This document shows positions 1-11,980 of a stretch of 64,000 nt of DNA, piece after piece. Position numbers and translations under genes: made by a program. The notes under the pieces were generated by a model. The model saw nothing but the letters and a program-made list of their open reading frames with translations. It ran no database searches and was not told where the DNA came from. The DNA comes from Octopus vulgaris (lineage: Eukaryota): positions 54,312,001 through 54,376,000 of the forward strand of contig OX597831.1 in assembly GCA_951406725.2 (NCBI GenBank), in the 5' to 3' direction. How positions within the stretch are numbered: position 1 is the first letter of the stretch; every line of letters starts with the position of its first letter.

Positions 1-14
1 TTTTCAAATTTTAT

Positions 15-696
15 GATCCCCATAACGTAGTCAAAGACAAACTATACCTCACAGTCGGCTATAAATTGCAGATAGTAAAATTCGCGAAGGACCACGATAA
101 CTGAGCTGCTGCAAAGCATTTTGGGCTCCTTTTTTCAAAGAAGATTATTCTTGACTGGCGTAAGACGATAAGCTTCAGAAAACAGGAAGATTCTAGGACA
201 AACTTCGAAACTCGAAACCAAGATGGGTGGAACTTAAAGTGAAATGATGGCCTGGATTTTAGAGAAACGAAGCTAAGATTCTGCAGAGTCAACTAAAAAT
301 ATCAGTTACGAAGCCAAAGTGAGGGTTAAAATCGGGGCAAAGTGGTGGCAGGAGGGATCCCCATAACGTAGTCAAAGACAAACTATACCTCACAGTCGGC
401 TATAAATTGCAGATAGTAAAATGCGTGAAGGACCACGATAACTGAGCTGCTGCAAAGCATTTTGGGCTCCTTTTTTCAAAGAAGATTATTCTTGACTGGC
501 GTAAGACGATAAGCTTCAGAAAACAGGAAGATTCTAGGACAAAATTCGAAACTCGAAACCAAGATGGGTGGAACTTAAAGTGAAATGATGGCCTGGATTT
601 TAGAGAAACGAAGCTAAGATTCTGCAGAGTCAACTAAAAATATCAGTTACGAAGCCAAAGTGAGGGTTAAAATCGGGGCAAAGTGGTGGCAGGAGG
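15..696. repeat. Direct tandem duplication, 2 x 341 bp, near-identical
   Basis: 15-355 is repeated at 356-696 with only a few substitutions. The ORF track shows twin 77-aa ORFs 341 bp apart. Confidence 0.95.
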
Positions 697-1110
697 AAAT
701 AATGATTTTTTTTTTTTGTGCTACTCGATGGTTCTACAGATTTATGGAAAAGAACGAATTAGCCATGCGAACAAGGACATCATAGCACAAAAAAGGCCGT
801 GGAGTTAGAAACCGTAATTATCGAGTTTCATCGATTTGTTATAAACACCAAAAAGACAAATTTTGAACTGAAGGATATTGCAAACATAGATGAAATTACA
901 GTGATGTGTGATATACCAAACAACAAGTGTGCTGTCGTAAAAATCAAAACTGTTGCCATGAAAACTTTTGGCCGTGAGAAATCACATTTTACATATATAT
1001 GGACTAGTTGTATTATAGGCGCCAGATTGGTACCTTTCAAGCAGAAAACAGAGTTAAAAGAAACTATTCCACCAGAAATTATCATCTATGTTCACTCTAA
1101 AACATAGATA

Positions 1111-1459
1111 CTTGTACTTGTACTTTCACCCTGGGCGGGTTGAGTCGGCTGCTTCTTTGGAAGAAGTTTCATGGGAATATGTGGATTTCACAAGCGGTCC
1201 CCAACAATCCCGCATGTAAAGACATCCTGTTTGCCGCAGATTGTCCGCGGAGGCAGGGACAGAACGACCGAGGAGCCGCCGGTTGCCGAAACAGACACTC
1301 CGAGGATTTTCACCGGGTTGTGGCCCTAATACCACTCGATGTCAGACCAATCCGCCTTGGGTGGCCCTACCAGGAACCGAAGTTCTCGACGGCATAGCTC
1401 AGACACTACCCGTTGCCAGCGTCTCCACCACGGTGAGGAGGGGATGGACTTTGGGGACG
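1111..1459 (-). mobile_element. Short non-autonomous RTE-derived retroposon (bipartite 5'+3' structure) with a 14-bp TSD
   Basis: TSD CTAAAACATAGATA at 1097-1110 and 1460-1473. The minus strand ends ...ADSTRPG* followed by an AAGTACAAGTACAAG tail. The 5' part has GCTATGCCG...GGGCCACCCAAGGCGG, similar to BovB/RTE 5' UTRs. Confidence 0.7.
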
Positions 1460-2041
1460 CTAAAACATAGATAAATGAAGATGGAGTATAACTCTGGCAT
1501 AAAAGACCAAAGGTGCATAAAAAACATATGGCTTCAATGCCATCACTTTTAACAGACTGTATATGAAAATATCCTTTCATATTTTTTCATGTTTCACAAA
1601 TTTTAATAAAAACACACTGAGTTATAGTCAGAAAATAAAATAAAGATAAAAATAAATAAAATTCTGTTCGTATTGTAAATATCTTTGTTGTCCTTTGTTG
1701 ATTGTGCTTACTAGCAGTTCCTTATAATAAAAGATATATATATATTGTAATCCTCACACGTTCGGGGGAAATTAACAATAAAAACAGATAAACAAATATT
1801 TTTCAGTCACTGTCATGACTTAATAAACTAAATATTCAGCACATTATCGTAAGTTCTCATAATGTCATAATTTGCGTGCCATGTTTCTTCAAGTTATCAT
1901 AGTGGCGGCATGCACTACTTAAAAAGTGATAATAGCTTTGTATTAGAGATAATTGTTAGGAGTGCCAGCAGTGAAAATTGAATTAATGGTGATGATTAAT
2001 AACACTGTAGCAATTTTTTAATTTTTTCTTTGTTCAGTAAG

Positions 2042-2446
2042 TGTTATTTTCTCTCTGCTTCTATCTACAAAACAAAGGAAATAACTGTTATTCCCTTCAA
2101 ACTTTGCTTTTGTGACCTGGACATCTATGTCTTGAAACTGAACTATTTTCCATTACATTTCAGATTCAGCACTGAGTTGCTGAAGCAGAAATATCATTGT
2201 AGGAAATATTCCGCTCAATATCACAGACTTGCTTGTCATTCACTTGACCATAACCACTTGAGCATGTCCCTTCATGGCTGACAATATGTGCATCTCTGAT
2301 CGTAAACAGGAGAAGTGGGGGAGCATCGTAATTATGTGCTGAGAGGGATTCTTGCGGGTTTGAATAAATATTGTAACAAAAGCAAAGTTTGAAGGAAATA
2401 TTAGCCATTTTTCATACTTTCTAGGGTTAAGTAAATAAGAAATAAC
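2042..2446. mobile_element. MITE-like element with imperfect terminal inverted arms (second copy at about 26810-27210)
   Basis: CCTTCAAACTTTGCTTTTGT near the left end pairs with ACAAAAGCAAAGTTTGAAGG near the right end. A homologous copy lies at 26.8-27.2 kb. Confidence 0.6.
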
Positions 2447-2670
2447 AGTTGCTACCCAAGGACAAAAATCGTGTTAGACATTGACAGTGTAATTTCAGTG
2501 TTGCTGATTGGCAATGGATAGTTATATCAGCAATGGCCAATGCTGGTCATGGTAGGGAGTTTCAGTGTTGATATTTGACAATGTCCTGTAAATTATCCTC
2601 CCAACATATCTTACCAAATAGTGTCAGTCTCAACTTACATGGTTCCTGTACATAAAAATTTCATAACCAG

Positions 2671-2830
2671 AGCGTATGAATGGCTGCGTGGTAAGTAGCT
2701 TGCTTACCAACCACATGGTTCCGGGTTCAGTCCCACTGCGTGGCACCTTAGGCAAGTATCTTCTACTATAGCCTAGGGCCGACCAAAGCCTTGTGAGTGG
2801 ATTTGGTAGACGGAAACTGAAAGAAGCCAG

Positions 2831-2877
<47 letters not shown>

Positions 2878-2972
2878 TGTGTCTGTGTTTGTCCCCCCCA
2901 ACATCGCTTGACAACCGATGCTGGAGTGTTTACGTCCCCGTAACTTAGCGGTTCGGCAAAAAGAGACCGATA
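2671..2972 (+). mobile_element. tRNA-derived SINE family A (CORE-like segment, internal GT microsatellite)
   Basis: A-box-like TGGCTGCGTGGT, B-box-like GGTTCAGTCCC, CORE-like ACCTTRGGCAAGT and internal (GT)n. More than 12 related copies occur in the window (e.g. 24487-24892, 35259-35590, 48500-48906, 58862-59182). Confidence 0.85.
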
Positions 2973-3249
2973 GGAAATATATTTTGAAGATTTATAGATA
3001 TTGATAATGCTCGATAACTGAAATTAAACTCAGGAGAAATATATGAAAGGTGTTTTGAAATGTCCTTACAGTGACAAGATAAATAAGACGAAAATGTGGA
3101 GAATGTTTTAGGACGTTTCATCTTCTAAACTTTTTTTTAACAATCGAAGTTGTTTTTTCTTAATTGTTGATTATTTTTGCTGTAAACTCTTTGAAAAAGA
3201 TAATGAACAAATGAGAAAGACAGGTCTGACTAATATCAGTAGAAAAATA

Positions 3250-3486
3250 ATTATTTCTTTACTACCCACAACGGGCTAAACACAGAGGGGACAAACAAGG
3301 ACAGACAGACGGATTAAGTCGATAATATCGACTCCAGTGCGTAACTAGTACTTAGTTAATCGACCCCGAAAAGATGAAAGGCAAAGTCGACCTCGGCGGA
3401 ATTTGAACTCAGAACGTTGCGGCAGACGCAATACGGCTACGCATTTCGCCCGGCGTGCTTAACGTTTCTGCCAGCTCGCCGCCTTC
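3250..3486 (-). mobile_element. tRNA-derived SINE family B (Meta-domain-like GCCTTTCATC..CGGGGTCGAT)
   Basis: Minus-strand head GGCGGCGAGCTGGCAGAA...GAGTTCAAATTCC, flanked by a TCAGTAGAAAAA direct repeat. Copies at 11366-11580, 18676-19072, 26055-26265, 27475-27890, 28260-28470 and 56785-56986. Confidence 0.8.
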
Positions 3487-4116
3487 CTCAGTAGAAAAAA
3501 ATAATGAAAAGAAAAAAACTCTCAACAATCCCGTGCAAAGAATGTCAGCAAATATAAAAATCTGGTTCTCTACAATCAGTTTAATTGCCCGTCTCAGAAG
3601 ACGAAATAAAAATAATTGAAGTATATTGGACTACTCCGATGGAGAAATGCACACGATATTTCCACTGGATTTTCATCGCTTTCAGTCGATAAAATTTTAT
3701 GAATTATAATTTAGGATATGATAAGGTACCGTATGAAAAGAAGAGAAAAACAGATTCTAATTTAAAAGAAAAGTCCCTTTTAACCAAATTAGAGACTGCT
3801 AAATTTATCACTAAATGTTTTTTCCAAAGCATTTCATTGTCAGTAACGTAGCGTAGGGTGTACAGACCGCATGTGTGATTGCAGTAAATCGGAAGTCGTT
3901 TATTTCCTGCAAAATATGGTTTCTTATCCTATTGACGAAATTTAATCACTTGTCACATGTCCATAACACTCCTTAAGCATAAAAGCAAGGCGCGTTTTTA
4001 CGACACAAGTATTTATTTTATCGTCGATCAGTCTAAGCTACGCAAAGTCTGTGAAAAGATTGAAATATTCAGCGGTTGTGTTGTAGAAAAAAAAAAGATT
4101 TAAACGTAAAAGCAAG

Positions 4117-5112
4117 ATGAATGTCTTTAAAACAACTTCGATATTTTTCGTCTTCTTCTTGTTTCCTCTAAATCAGGCATTTCTACAAAACAGTTTTCAT
4201 ACATGTAGCATATCTCCGAATGACTTTTCAGTGCAAAAATATTGTAGTAAACAGATCCAAGACGGCTTGCAGTGCGTTGCCAAGCGTATTTATGAAACGT
4301 CGTATGATTTCGATATAAGATTGAGAACAAAATTCAATTTTCGCGACATGCCAAAATATATTAAGCAGTACTGTTCTCTGAACCTAAACAAAACTTCATG
4401 CCAATCTCTGTTAGAGAAACTACAACATTTCGAAATCTCTTGTCAATACAACACACACAGGGCCAATTTTCTAAATCTCGAATCCTGCAGTGTGTACAAG
4501 GGATTTATTACGTCTGAACTGTTGCGAAATATGGCTAGTTTATATTGTCAAGAAACTGATATCAGCCGTGGTTTAATTCCATCGTACGGCCCACAACTAA
4601 GATGCTATCCATTGGAATTTATGATAAAGCACCAGAAATTAAATGTTTTAGACTACCAATTTAGGTACTGTAAAATATTTAATTATTCCACTATAAAGGA
4701 ATGCACGATTAAAAAGATCAACTCTGTATCCAAAGATGAATATTTAAATGGAAGAGATCTGTTTCAGAAAGAAGCTTTGAAATTTCTAAACAAAACAAAA
4801 TATTTTTGTGAAAAACTTTTGAAAATTCCCAAAAACTTAATAGACTCATGTACAAAGGAAGGTTTTGAAAACTGCAAACGGAAAGCATTTAAAATAAACT
4901 CAAAACCTAACACTACGTACACTCCGGGAACATATCTGGACTGTGTCAGCAAAATATATAGAGAATGTCAGCTTGATTTAGATGGTATGTTACAGCTAAT
5001 TCACTCGAATATCCTCCAGCCATCAACAGCATCGAATTTAACTCTTATGAACTGCATGGTTTTCTTCATAATATGTGTTTGTAGTAGCAGTTTTAAACTG
5101 ATAGCATTTTAA
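4117..5112 (+). CDS. Intronless cysteine-rich secreted, probably GPI-anchored, protein (331 aa); family not recognised
   Basis: 996-bp uninterrupted ORF in AT-rich, non-repetitive DNA, with A at -3 of the ATG. Hydrophobic N-terminus (IFFVFFLFPLNQA), 19 Cys and 5 N-x-S/T sequons. A small-residue STAS motif precedes a hydrophobic tail. AATAAA at 5332. Confidence 0.8.
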   Translation: MNVFKTTSIFFVFFLFPLNQAFLQNSFHTCSISPNDFSVQKYCSKQIQDGLQCVAKRIYETSYDFDIRLRTKFNFRDMPKYIKQYCSLNLNKTSCQSLLEKLQHFEISCQYNTHRANFLNLESCSVYKGFITSELLRNMASLYCQETDISRGLIPSYGPQLRCYPLEFMIKHQKLNVLDYQFRYCKIFNYSTIKECTIKKINSVSKDEYLNGRDLFQKEALKFLNKTKYFCEKLLKIPKNLIDSCTKEGFENCKRKAFKINSKPNTTYTPGTYLDCVSKIYRECQLDLDGMLQLIHSNILQPSTASNLTLMNCMVFFIICVCSSSFKLIAF

Positions 5113-5331
5113 GCAAATATGAAGAACTTTTCCTCTTTTTTTTATAAACAACACGAATAATTTCCGTTTAATCGTTTGCCATTAACAAGAAATCTAATAT
5201 ATATATATTATATATCATATGTAATATATATATAAGCATATATATTCATATGTACACACACGCACACACATGTACACACACACACGCACACACATGCACA
5301 ACAACATGCACACATATTTTAAAATATATGA

Positions 5332-5337
5332 AATAAA
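5332..5337 (+). promoter_or_regulatory. Candidate polyadenylation signal of the 331-aa gene
   Basis: AATAAA about 220 bp after the stop codon; position is plausible but unverified. Confidence 0.4.
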
Positions 5338-5499
5338 CACACTGGCATCTTACACATTCTAATCGGATTACACAGAGGCGAAGATGTATCAAATGTTTTC
5401 ATTGATAACTACATAATTATTACGTAATTATTAACACATATAGTAAGATATTATTATGATTTTGCAATATTCAAATGAAGAACACTAATTTTAAATATA

Positions 5500-5779
5500 C
5501 TAACAGTATCACCCGGCGTTGCTCGGTTTGTTTCGACCCTTTAGAATTGGAATTTTTGAAAAGTAAAAATTTTTCATTATGTAGCTTGTTATTCTCTTTA
5601 AGTGAACATTTTTTCTGATTTGAATTCTTTCTTCTACGGGTGGAAGAACAAGCCTTCTTCTATCATACTCTCAATTTTGGCCAACTTGCGCCGCAGGGTC
5701 TCGTAGGAGATAGTGTTATTTGAAGGCTACCAAACCTGCCATACACAGACGACTTCAGCTTTATATATATAGAGAGAGA
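5500..5779 (-). mobile_element. Non-autonomous Helitron
   Basis: Minus strand starts TC after A and ends with a CCGAGCAACGCCGGG hairpin plus TTAG before T. Its 3' part is shared with 43567-43880 and 32566-32600. Confidence 0.75.
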
Positions 5780-5787
5780 TGTATATA

Positions 5788-5989
5788 CGATGGGGTACTA
5801 AAAAGTTCCTGACTTCAAGGATGTGGCGAAAGTCTTTTCCGATGCCCAACCTTTTGAGAGCTTAGAAAAACTAAAGGACTGCTACAATAAATGTGTGAAT
5901 CTGAGAGAGGAATATGCTGAATAGAATAATTAACTCATCCTCCTGTATTTTCTTTTACCTAAAACCAGGAATTTTTCATCACCCCTTCG
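5788..5989 (+). mobile_element. Mariner-derived MITE
   Basis: TIR-like ends CGATGGGGTACTAAAAAGTTCCTG / CAGGAATTTTTCATCACCCCTTCG. Retains the mariner C-terminal remnant KCVNLREEYAE*. Confidence 0.6.
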
Positions 5990-6229
5990 ATATGGATTAT
6001 TAATTTTTTTTTATCATTGTACCGTCTTACTAAGTTCTTTTTTGCCTACGTGACTGCACAATGATTAAAAATGGATATATTCTAAATGCATTCTTTGTTT
6101 CCTTTAAACTATTAATTATTTCTCTAATATCGAAAAGAATGAAGTCGCGATAGGAACAACTGGATTTTCTGAACTGGAATGTACTAGGAGCGGTTAAACT
6201 AACCAACCATAAACATTAGTACATAAGCA

Positions 6230-7007
6230 GGCGAAGTTTCGCATGTCGTAGCGCAGATTTCCGTCGATTTCCGTAAAAAACTTTTATTTTTTTACATAAG
6301 TAATGAGAGCGAAAGAGACTAAGAGGAAGCGATTTTATGACGAGAAGGTTTCACTTTGAAATCGGCCTGTGTGTGTTTGATGGGTTGTGGGAGACAGACA
6401 GTATGTTGTATAAGTGAAGTGCTTCTGTTAGTGTGTGTGAAGAGACAGAGAGAGTAATGTGTGAAAGAGAGAGATAACTGATTTTTTACTCGGTGTATGT
6501 GTATATGTATGTATGCATGTATGTGTATATGTATGTATGCATGTATCTATGTATGTGTGTGTGTGTAAGTATGTGTGTGTGTATGTATGTATGTATGGCC
6601 GATTCATCGTAATTTTTTACTCGGTGTATGTGTATATGTATGTCTGCATGTATGTGTGTGTGTGTATGTATCTATGTGTGTGTGTGTAAGTATGTGTGTG
6701 TGTATGTATGTGTGTGTGTGTATGTATCTATGTATGTGTGTGTGTGTATGTATGTATGTATGTACTCGGTGTATGTGTATATGTATGTCTGTCTCTTCGC
6801 ACACACTAACAGAAGCACTTCACTTACACAACATACTGTCTGTCTCCCACACCCCATCAAACACACACAGGCCGACTTCAAAGTGAAACCTTCTCGTCGT
6901 AAAATCGCTTCCTCTTAGTCTCTTTCGCTCTCATTACTTATGTAAAAAAATAAAAGTTTTTTACGGAAATCGACGGAAATCTGTGCTACTACAACCGAAA
7001 CTATGCC
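6230..7007. mobile_element. Foldback/MITE with about 220-bp inverted arms, GG...CC termini and an 8-bp TSD (Merlin- or Mutator-like)
   Basis: 6230-6450 is the reverse complement of about 6788-7007. TSD CATAAGCA at 6222-6229 and 7008-7015. The spacer is GT/AT microsatellite. Confidence 0.85.
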
Positions 7008-7300
7008 CATAAGCACACATACAATAACCTGAATTTTCAACCGACAGTAGCGAAAAACCGGAACCCGTTCCGATAACATATCCCCATAAACAAAATAGAA
7101 TTTTTTTGCAAACAGGCCTATATATATATAAAATTAGAAAAAAAAAACACCTTTTATTAATTCAAAAGGAACAATTAGATTACACCATCTAGAAAATTAC
7201 ATATAATAGAAAAATTAAAATTAAAATAACAATAAAATGCCAAAGATTAAGTAAATTGCAAAAAATAATAATAAAAACGTATATACATATATATATACAC

Positions 7301-7351
<51 letters not shown>

Positions 7352-7401
7352 CACCACACACACACACACACAGACATACCTATTTCTTTACTACAAATAC
7401 C

Positions 7402-7761
7402 TAGACATACCTCGCCCTACGTCGTTAATTGGTTCCAGGAGACCTGACTTAAGTCGAATAAACTTGTCTCTAGGCTAAGCCGAATTTACTTTTCTCTTGC
7501 CTCCCAGTTCTGTATTTTATTTACGAATGCATTTTCAATAATACATGGTTAATAAAAACCTATTTTAAGCTTACAAGCAAATCATTTTTTTTTATATATT
7601 TTTTAATACAGTACAGTAAAAAAAAAGTAATCTAAATTTACGAATACAATTTGGCAGTGTTTACTGTACAACTCGGATGCTTTATTTATGAATGCGGCGG
7701 TTTGCAAATAAGACATGGTAAAATAAAAGCCTTTTGTAAGCTTAAAAAACAAATTCAGTAA

Positions 7762-7803
<42 letters not shown>

Positions 7804-10341
7804 CTTGTCCTTGTGTGTGTGCACGGATTTTACGTACACACATGAAGTAGGTAAGAACAAATATGCAAGGCTTTTTTTTTTCGAAGTTTCAAATGCGACT
7901 TTGTTTTTGTTATATCTACATTCCACACACATAAATACATAGAAATAGAACAAGCATACGCGCACGCACGCACACACACACATACACACATACAAGAACA
8001 AGCACACACACACACATAGACAAACATTAACACACATACAAAAAAACAAGCACACACACACACACACACACACCAGAACAAGCACACACACACACACATA
8101 GACACACAAAAGGACAAGCATACACAAGCGTACAACCCATTAGCTTCCTCTTCCACTTCGATACATCAAACAACAAACACGCAGTTGTCAAGGCAACAAG
8201 TGCTCACGGAAACTTGCCTTCTCAAAACGAAAGATGGCCATTATTATTAAATTATTTTAAATTTACCAATTTGGTGGTTCCCATCGCGGATGTAGATGGC
8301 TGTAGATCGTCAACATCAGCAGCTCACTCTGGCTGTTCTTGTTGTTCGATGCGCTCAAAAAAACGGTTGAGAGTTCCTTGAACTGTCTTCTTTTCCTCAA
8401 GGATTACATTATGAGGAGCAAAAGCTCCGTGACAAGCCCCCATAATCTTGGAAGAGCGTTGAGCATTTGGATCCATATCCTTGAACATAGAAAGACCTTT
8501 TTCGATATATATATTTCCTTAATGGTAAAGTAACGTGACTCAGGTTCGACTTCCCCCTCTTTATTTTGCTGCTCTTGAAGCTCTATCAAATCCTCGTTCG
8601 TCAGGGGCTGCTTGTCTTTTTCAAATAAATCTGTGAAATCCTTCTCCTCCAAATCCATTTCCAGTTCTTTGCTCGTAATCACCAACGTTTTGTGGATGGC
8701 AACATTATCAAGCCCCTTAAAATCATTCACGAATTGCGGGCATAGCTTCTTTCATACACCATTCATAGCTGTGCTCTGTACATCATTCCATGCCGCTGCT
8801 ATGTTCTGTAGACATCTACAGACTTGTAGTTATCGTATCTCTTCCAAAAGTCACGAAGTGTGATGGACTCATCAAGATCAGTTGCAGCTATTGCTTGCGT
8901 ACACTTCATAAAGTAACGCTTGAAAACAGCAATTATTCGGAGGGAGGTATACGACGGTAAAAAAAAATTTACGATGTTTTGCGGCCAGGAGCATTATCTA
9001 AGATAAGTAAAACCTTAAAAGGAATCCCCTTCTCCATACAGTACCTCTCCGCTGCTGGTGTAAAATGATTGAAGAACCAATCTTCAAAAACAACAACAGT
9101 AACCCATGCTTTTGAATTAGCTATCCATATAACAGGGAGAGATGCCTTGGGTATGTTCTTTAGGGCACGGGGGTTGTGTGCATGATACACAAGCAATAGC
9201 TTCAACTTAAAATCTCCTGCACTGCACAATTACCTCCAAACATAATGGTCACACGTTCTTTTGAGACCTCTATGGAAATGAATGAACGGTCTGGCAATTT
9301 TTTCCAATACAATCCACTTTCGTCTACGTTAAAAATCTGTTCGAGAAGAAACCCGTTTTCTTCGATGGTTTTTTTTAATACATTAGGAAATTCTGCTACT
9401 GCTTGTTCGTCAGCTGATGCACTTTCACCTTGCTTCTTAATGGAGTGATAACTTTTTCGCTCCTTAAATCTCATGAACCATCCTTGATTTGCCTTGAACT
9501 CGACATCTTTCACAACAGGATATTTTTTTTCTTCGGGTCCTCAAATAACGACAACGCTTTCTCTTGAATGATTTCTTGACTAATAGTAGCACGCTGATGA
9601 TTCAGCCTAACAATCCAAAGAGAAAGAAGACTTTCCATTTCTTCAAAGATTTTGCCTTTTTTTTTTTTTTTTTCCTTATTGATGACAATGTTCTTCATCC
9701 TTGGGGCTTCAGATTTGTTATGTGCTAAAATCTTCTTCTTATGTAAAATCGACGATACAGTTGTCCGACTCATCCCAAAAGATCGTGCAATTGCTACCAC
9801 TTTTTTACCTTTTACACGGCGTTTTATCATAGCCAGTTTATCTTCCAGCGTTATAGTATGACGCTTAGCACTTTCACTACGAATTTTATTCGGAGCCATG
9901 GGGGCAAAAAATAACATTCCAAATGTATGAGAATGAGAGAGGAGCTGATAAATAGACGTAAGCAAATCTGAATTCAAAACACGCGGGAATCACGAGTGAC
10001 AACGACGCCTAACGGTAGATATTGGAACTATGGTGCAATATGAGATCCGAAAGATCGATAAATAAGACAACACAGCTGATTTCACGATTTCGCTTTATGG
10101 CGTTATCTTAACATTTACTGTGCGTATTTTAATATGATTTTATATGCTTTTATTCTTATTTATTGTACAGTAACGTGATTTTGTGTATTTTTAACGGTTT
10201 TCTAGTGATTTTACGATTCCAGTATTTGTGGCGGACAGACGGAAAGTGGAGTAAAATGACTTAACTTGATTTTTATTTTTCCATATATTATTTTTGAAAA
10301 CCGATGTATTATCGAGAACGACTTAAGCCGAGATATGCCTG
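7402..10341 (-). mobile_element. Tigger-like (pogo) DNA transposon with a pseudogenised transposase (about 8404-9900)
   Basis: Frameshifted pieces: psq-HTH (ITLEDKLAMI...IARSFGMSRTTVSSIL), CENP-B HTH (FKANQGWFMRFKER), QIFNVDESGLYWKKLP and LLILDNAPG. Tigger-like termini AGACATACCTCG (about 7403) and CGAGATATGCCTG|TA (10341). Confidence 0.85.
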
Positions 10342-11310
10342 TATATATATGCGCAGGGACTCTCTCTCTATCTCTCTCTCTCTCTCTCTCTTCCTCACAC
10401 ACACTCACACGAAACAAAAATAAAACTAATTGTAAATACGTAAGTTCATTAATAATTAGCTTTAAATGAAAGACTATATGCTTGTAACCCTTCGTTGCTA
10501 AAATATATTGGGCAATTCTACTGCAGTGTTGTTTTTCATTCATTTATTTATTTATTCCAATTATCTGCAGGCCCTGTATCTGTCTTTTGGCATGTATCAT
10601 TTTTATTATAATGAGTTCTGACAGTGGCACATGACAATCAAATCGACACCTTAGCAATGTGAGTTGTACTCTCATGATTCTATGGTCCACCATTCTTTTG
10701 GGGATGATGTACTGGTAGATCCATTAGAGTCTCGGACAAAATTATTTAAGGTGTTTCGTTGTGATTCTTTAAGCTCCTACGTTCAAATCCTGCCCGAATC
10801 GACTTTACCGTTCTTCTTTTCATGATAGATAAAATGAAGCACCAGTCATGCATTAAGGTTGGTGGCATCGACTATCTCCTTCTCTTAATACTACTGGCTT
10901 TGTCCCTAAATCAGTAATCACTTTTGTGGTGGTGGGGGGGGGGGGGGCAGCGTCGGTTCGTAGATAGAATTTAGTGTGGGTGCTGCTTCAGAAAATTTTT
11001 AGCCGTTGTTTTAATATTGTGTAAAAAGAAACAAACATATAAAAAGAATATTTATACACAAACTTAATCGGTTCACGTTTTAGCCACTGCCGAGTAGTGT
11101 GTTTAATTTGTTCACTGAACACCGCCGCAAATTCCCCCTTGTTTTTCAAAGATCCCTCCTAAATCACAAAATAAGGGAGGAGGAAATCTGCCCTATTTTT
11201 CAAATCCTGACAACAACATTGTAGCTCGAATCAGGATAATAATCTAATTTTACACATTCAAGAATACAAACACGTTTTTAAGCACAACACACGCGGAGTC
11301 AAAAAGAAAC

Positions 11311-11368
11311 ACTACATACCTTTCATCAGCACTTCATACCTTTCATCAGCACTACATACCTTTCATCA
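11311..11368. repeat. Short 20-bp tandem repeat x3
   Basis: ACTACATACCTTTCATCAGC repeated three times beside a SINE tail. Confidence 0.8.
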
Positions 11369-11980
11369 TTCTTTATTGCCCACAAGGGGCTAAACATAGA
11401 GGGGACAGACAAAGGGATTAAGTCGATTACGTTGCGTAACTGGTACTTAATTTATCTACCCCGAAAGGATGAAAGGCAATGTCGACCTCGGCGGAATTTG
11501 AACTCAGAACGTAACGGCAGACGAAATACTGCTAAGCATTTCGCCCGGCGTGCTAACGTTTCTGCCAGCTCGCCGCCTTAAGGAAAAGATAACATTGCTG
11601 TGTGTGCTTTAGAGCTAGCACCAAAAAAAAAAAACGAAACGGACTGTGTTAGTATCTTCTTTGAAATTTTTTTCTGTTTCAGACCGTAAGACCAAAAATT
11701 TTCGTAATCTGTATTATAATACTTTGGCAAGCTCATTAGAGCATCAGACAAAAAGCCTTACAATATTTTGTTTGCTTTGAGTTCAAATCCTATTCATGGC
11801 AGACTTTACTTTTCATCATTCTAGATGAAAGGTAAACGTAACATAATGCAACAAATGAAATTACTAGTCAAGCCCTGGGAATATATTTTATGGACTATAT
11901 CCTCCTCCCAAAAACATTGCCGCCTTGTAACAATGTCAGAAAACATACTATAAAAACCAGTAAAATACCAGGATCACGTA

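Larger units (their letters stand above)
15..1590 (+). mobile_element. Degenerate pogo-superfamily (POGK-like) DNA transposon, interrupted by a retroposon insertion
   Basis: Broken reading frames give YKLQIVKFAKDHDN*AAAKHFG (Brinker-like DBD), RWFYRFMEKNELAMRTRT (CENP-B HTH) and IANIDE...KTFGREKSHFT (start of the DDE domain). Stops and frameshifts are present; boundaries are approximate. Confidence 0.75.

Noticed and set aside
2671-2745. Functional tRNA genes at SINE heads
   Set aside because: A/B-box-like motifs continue into SINE bodies in many diverged copies, and no complete cloverleaf forms.
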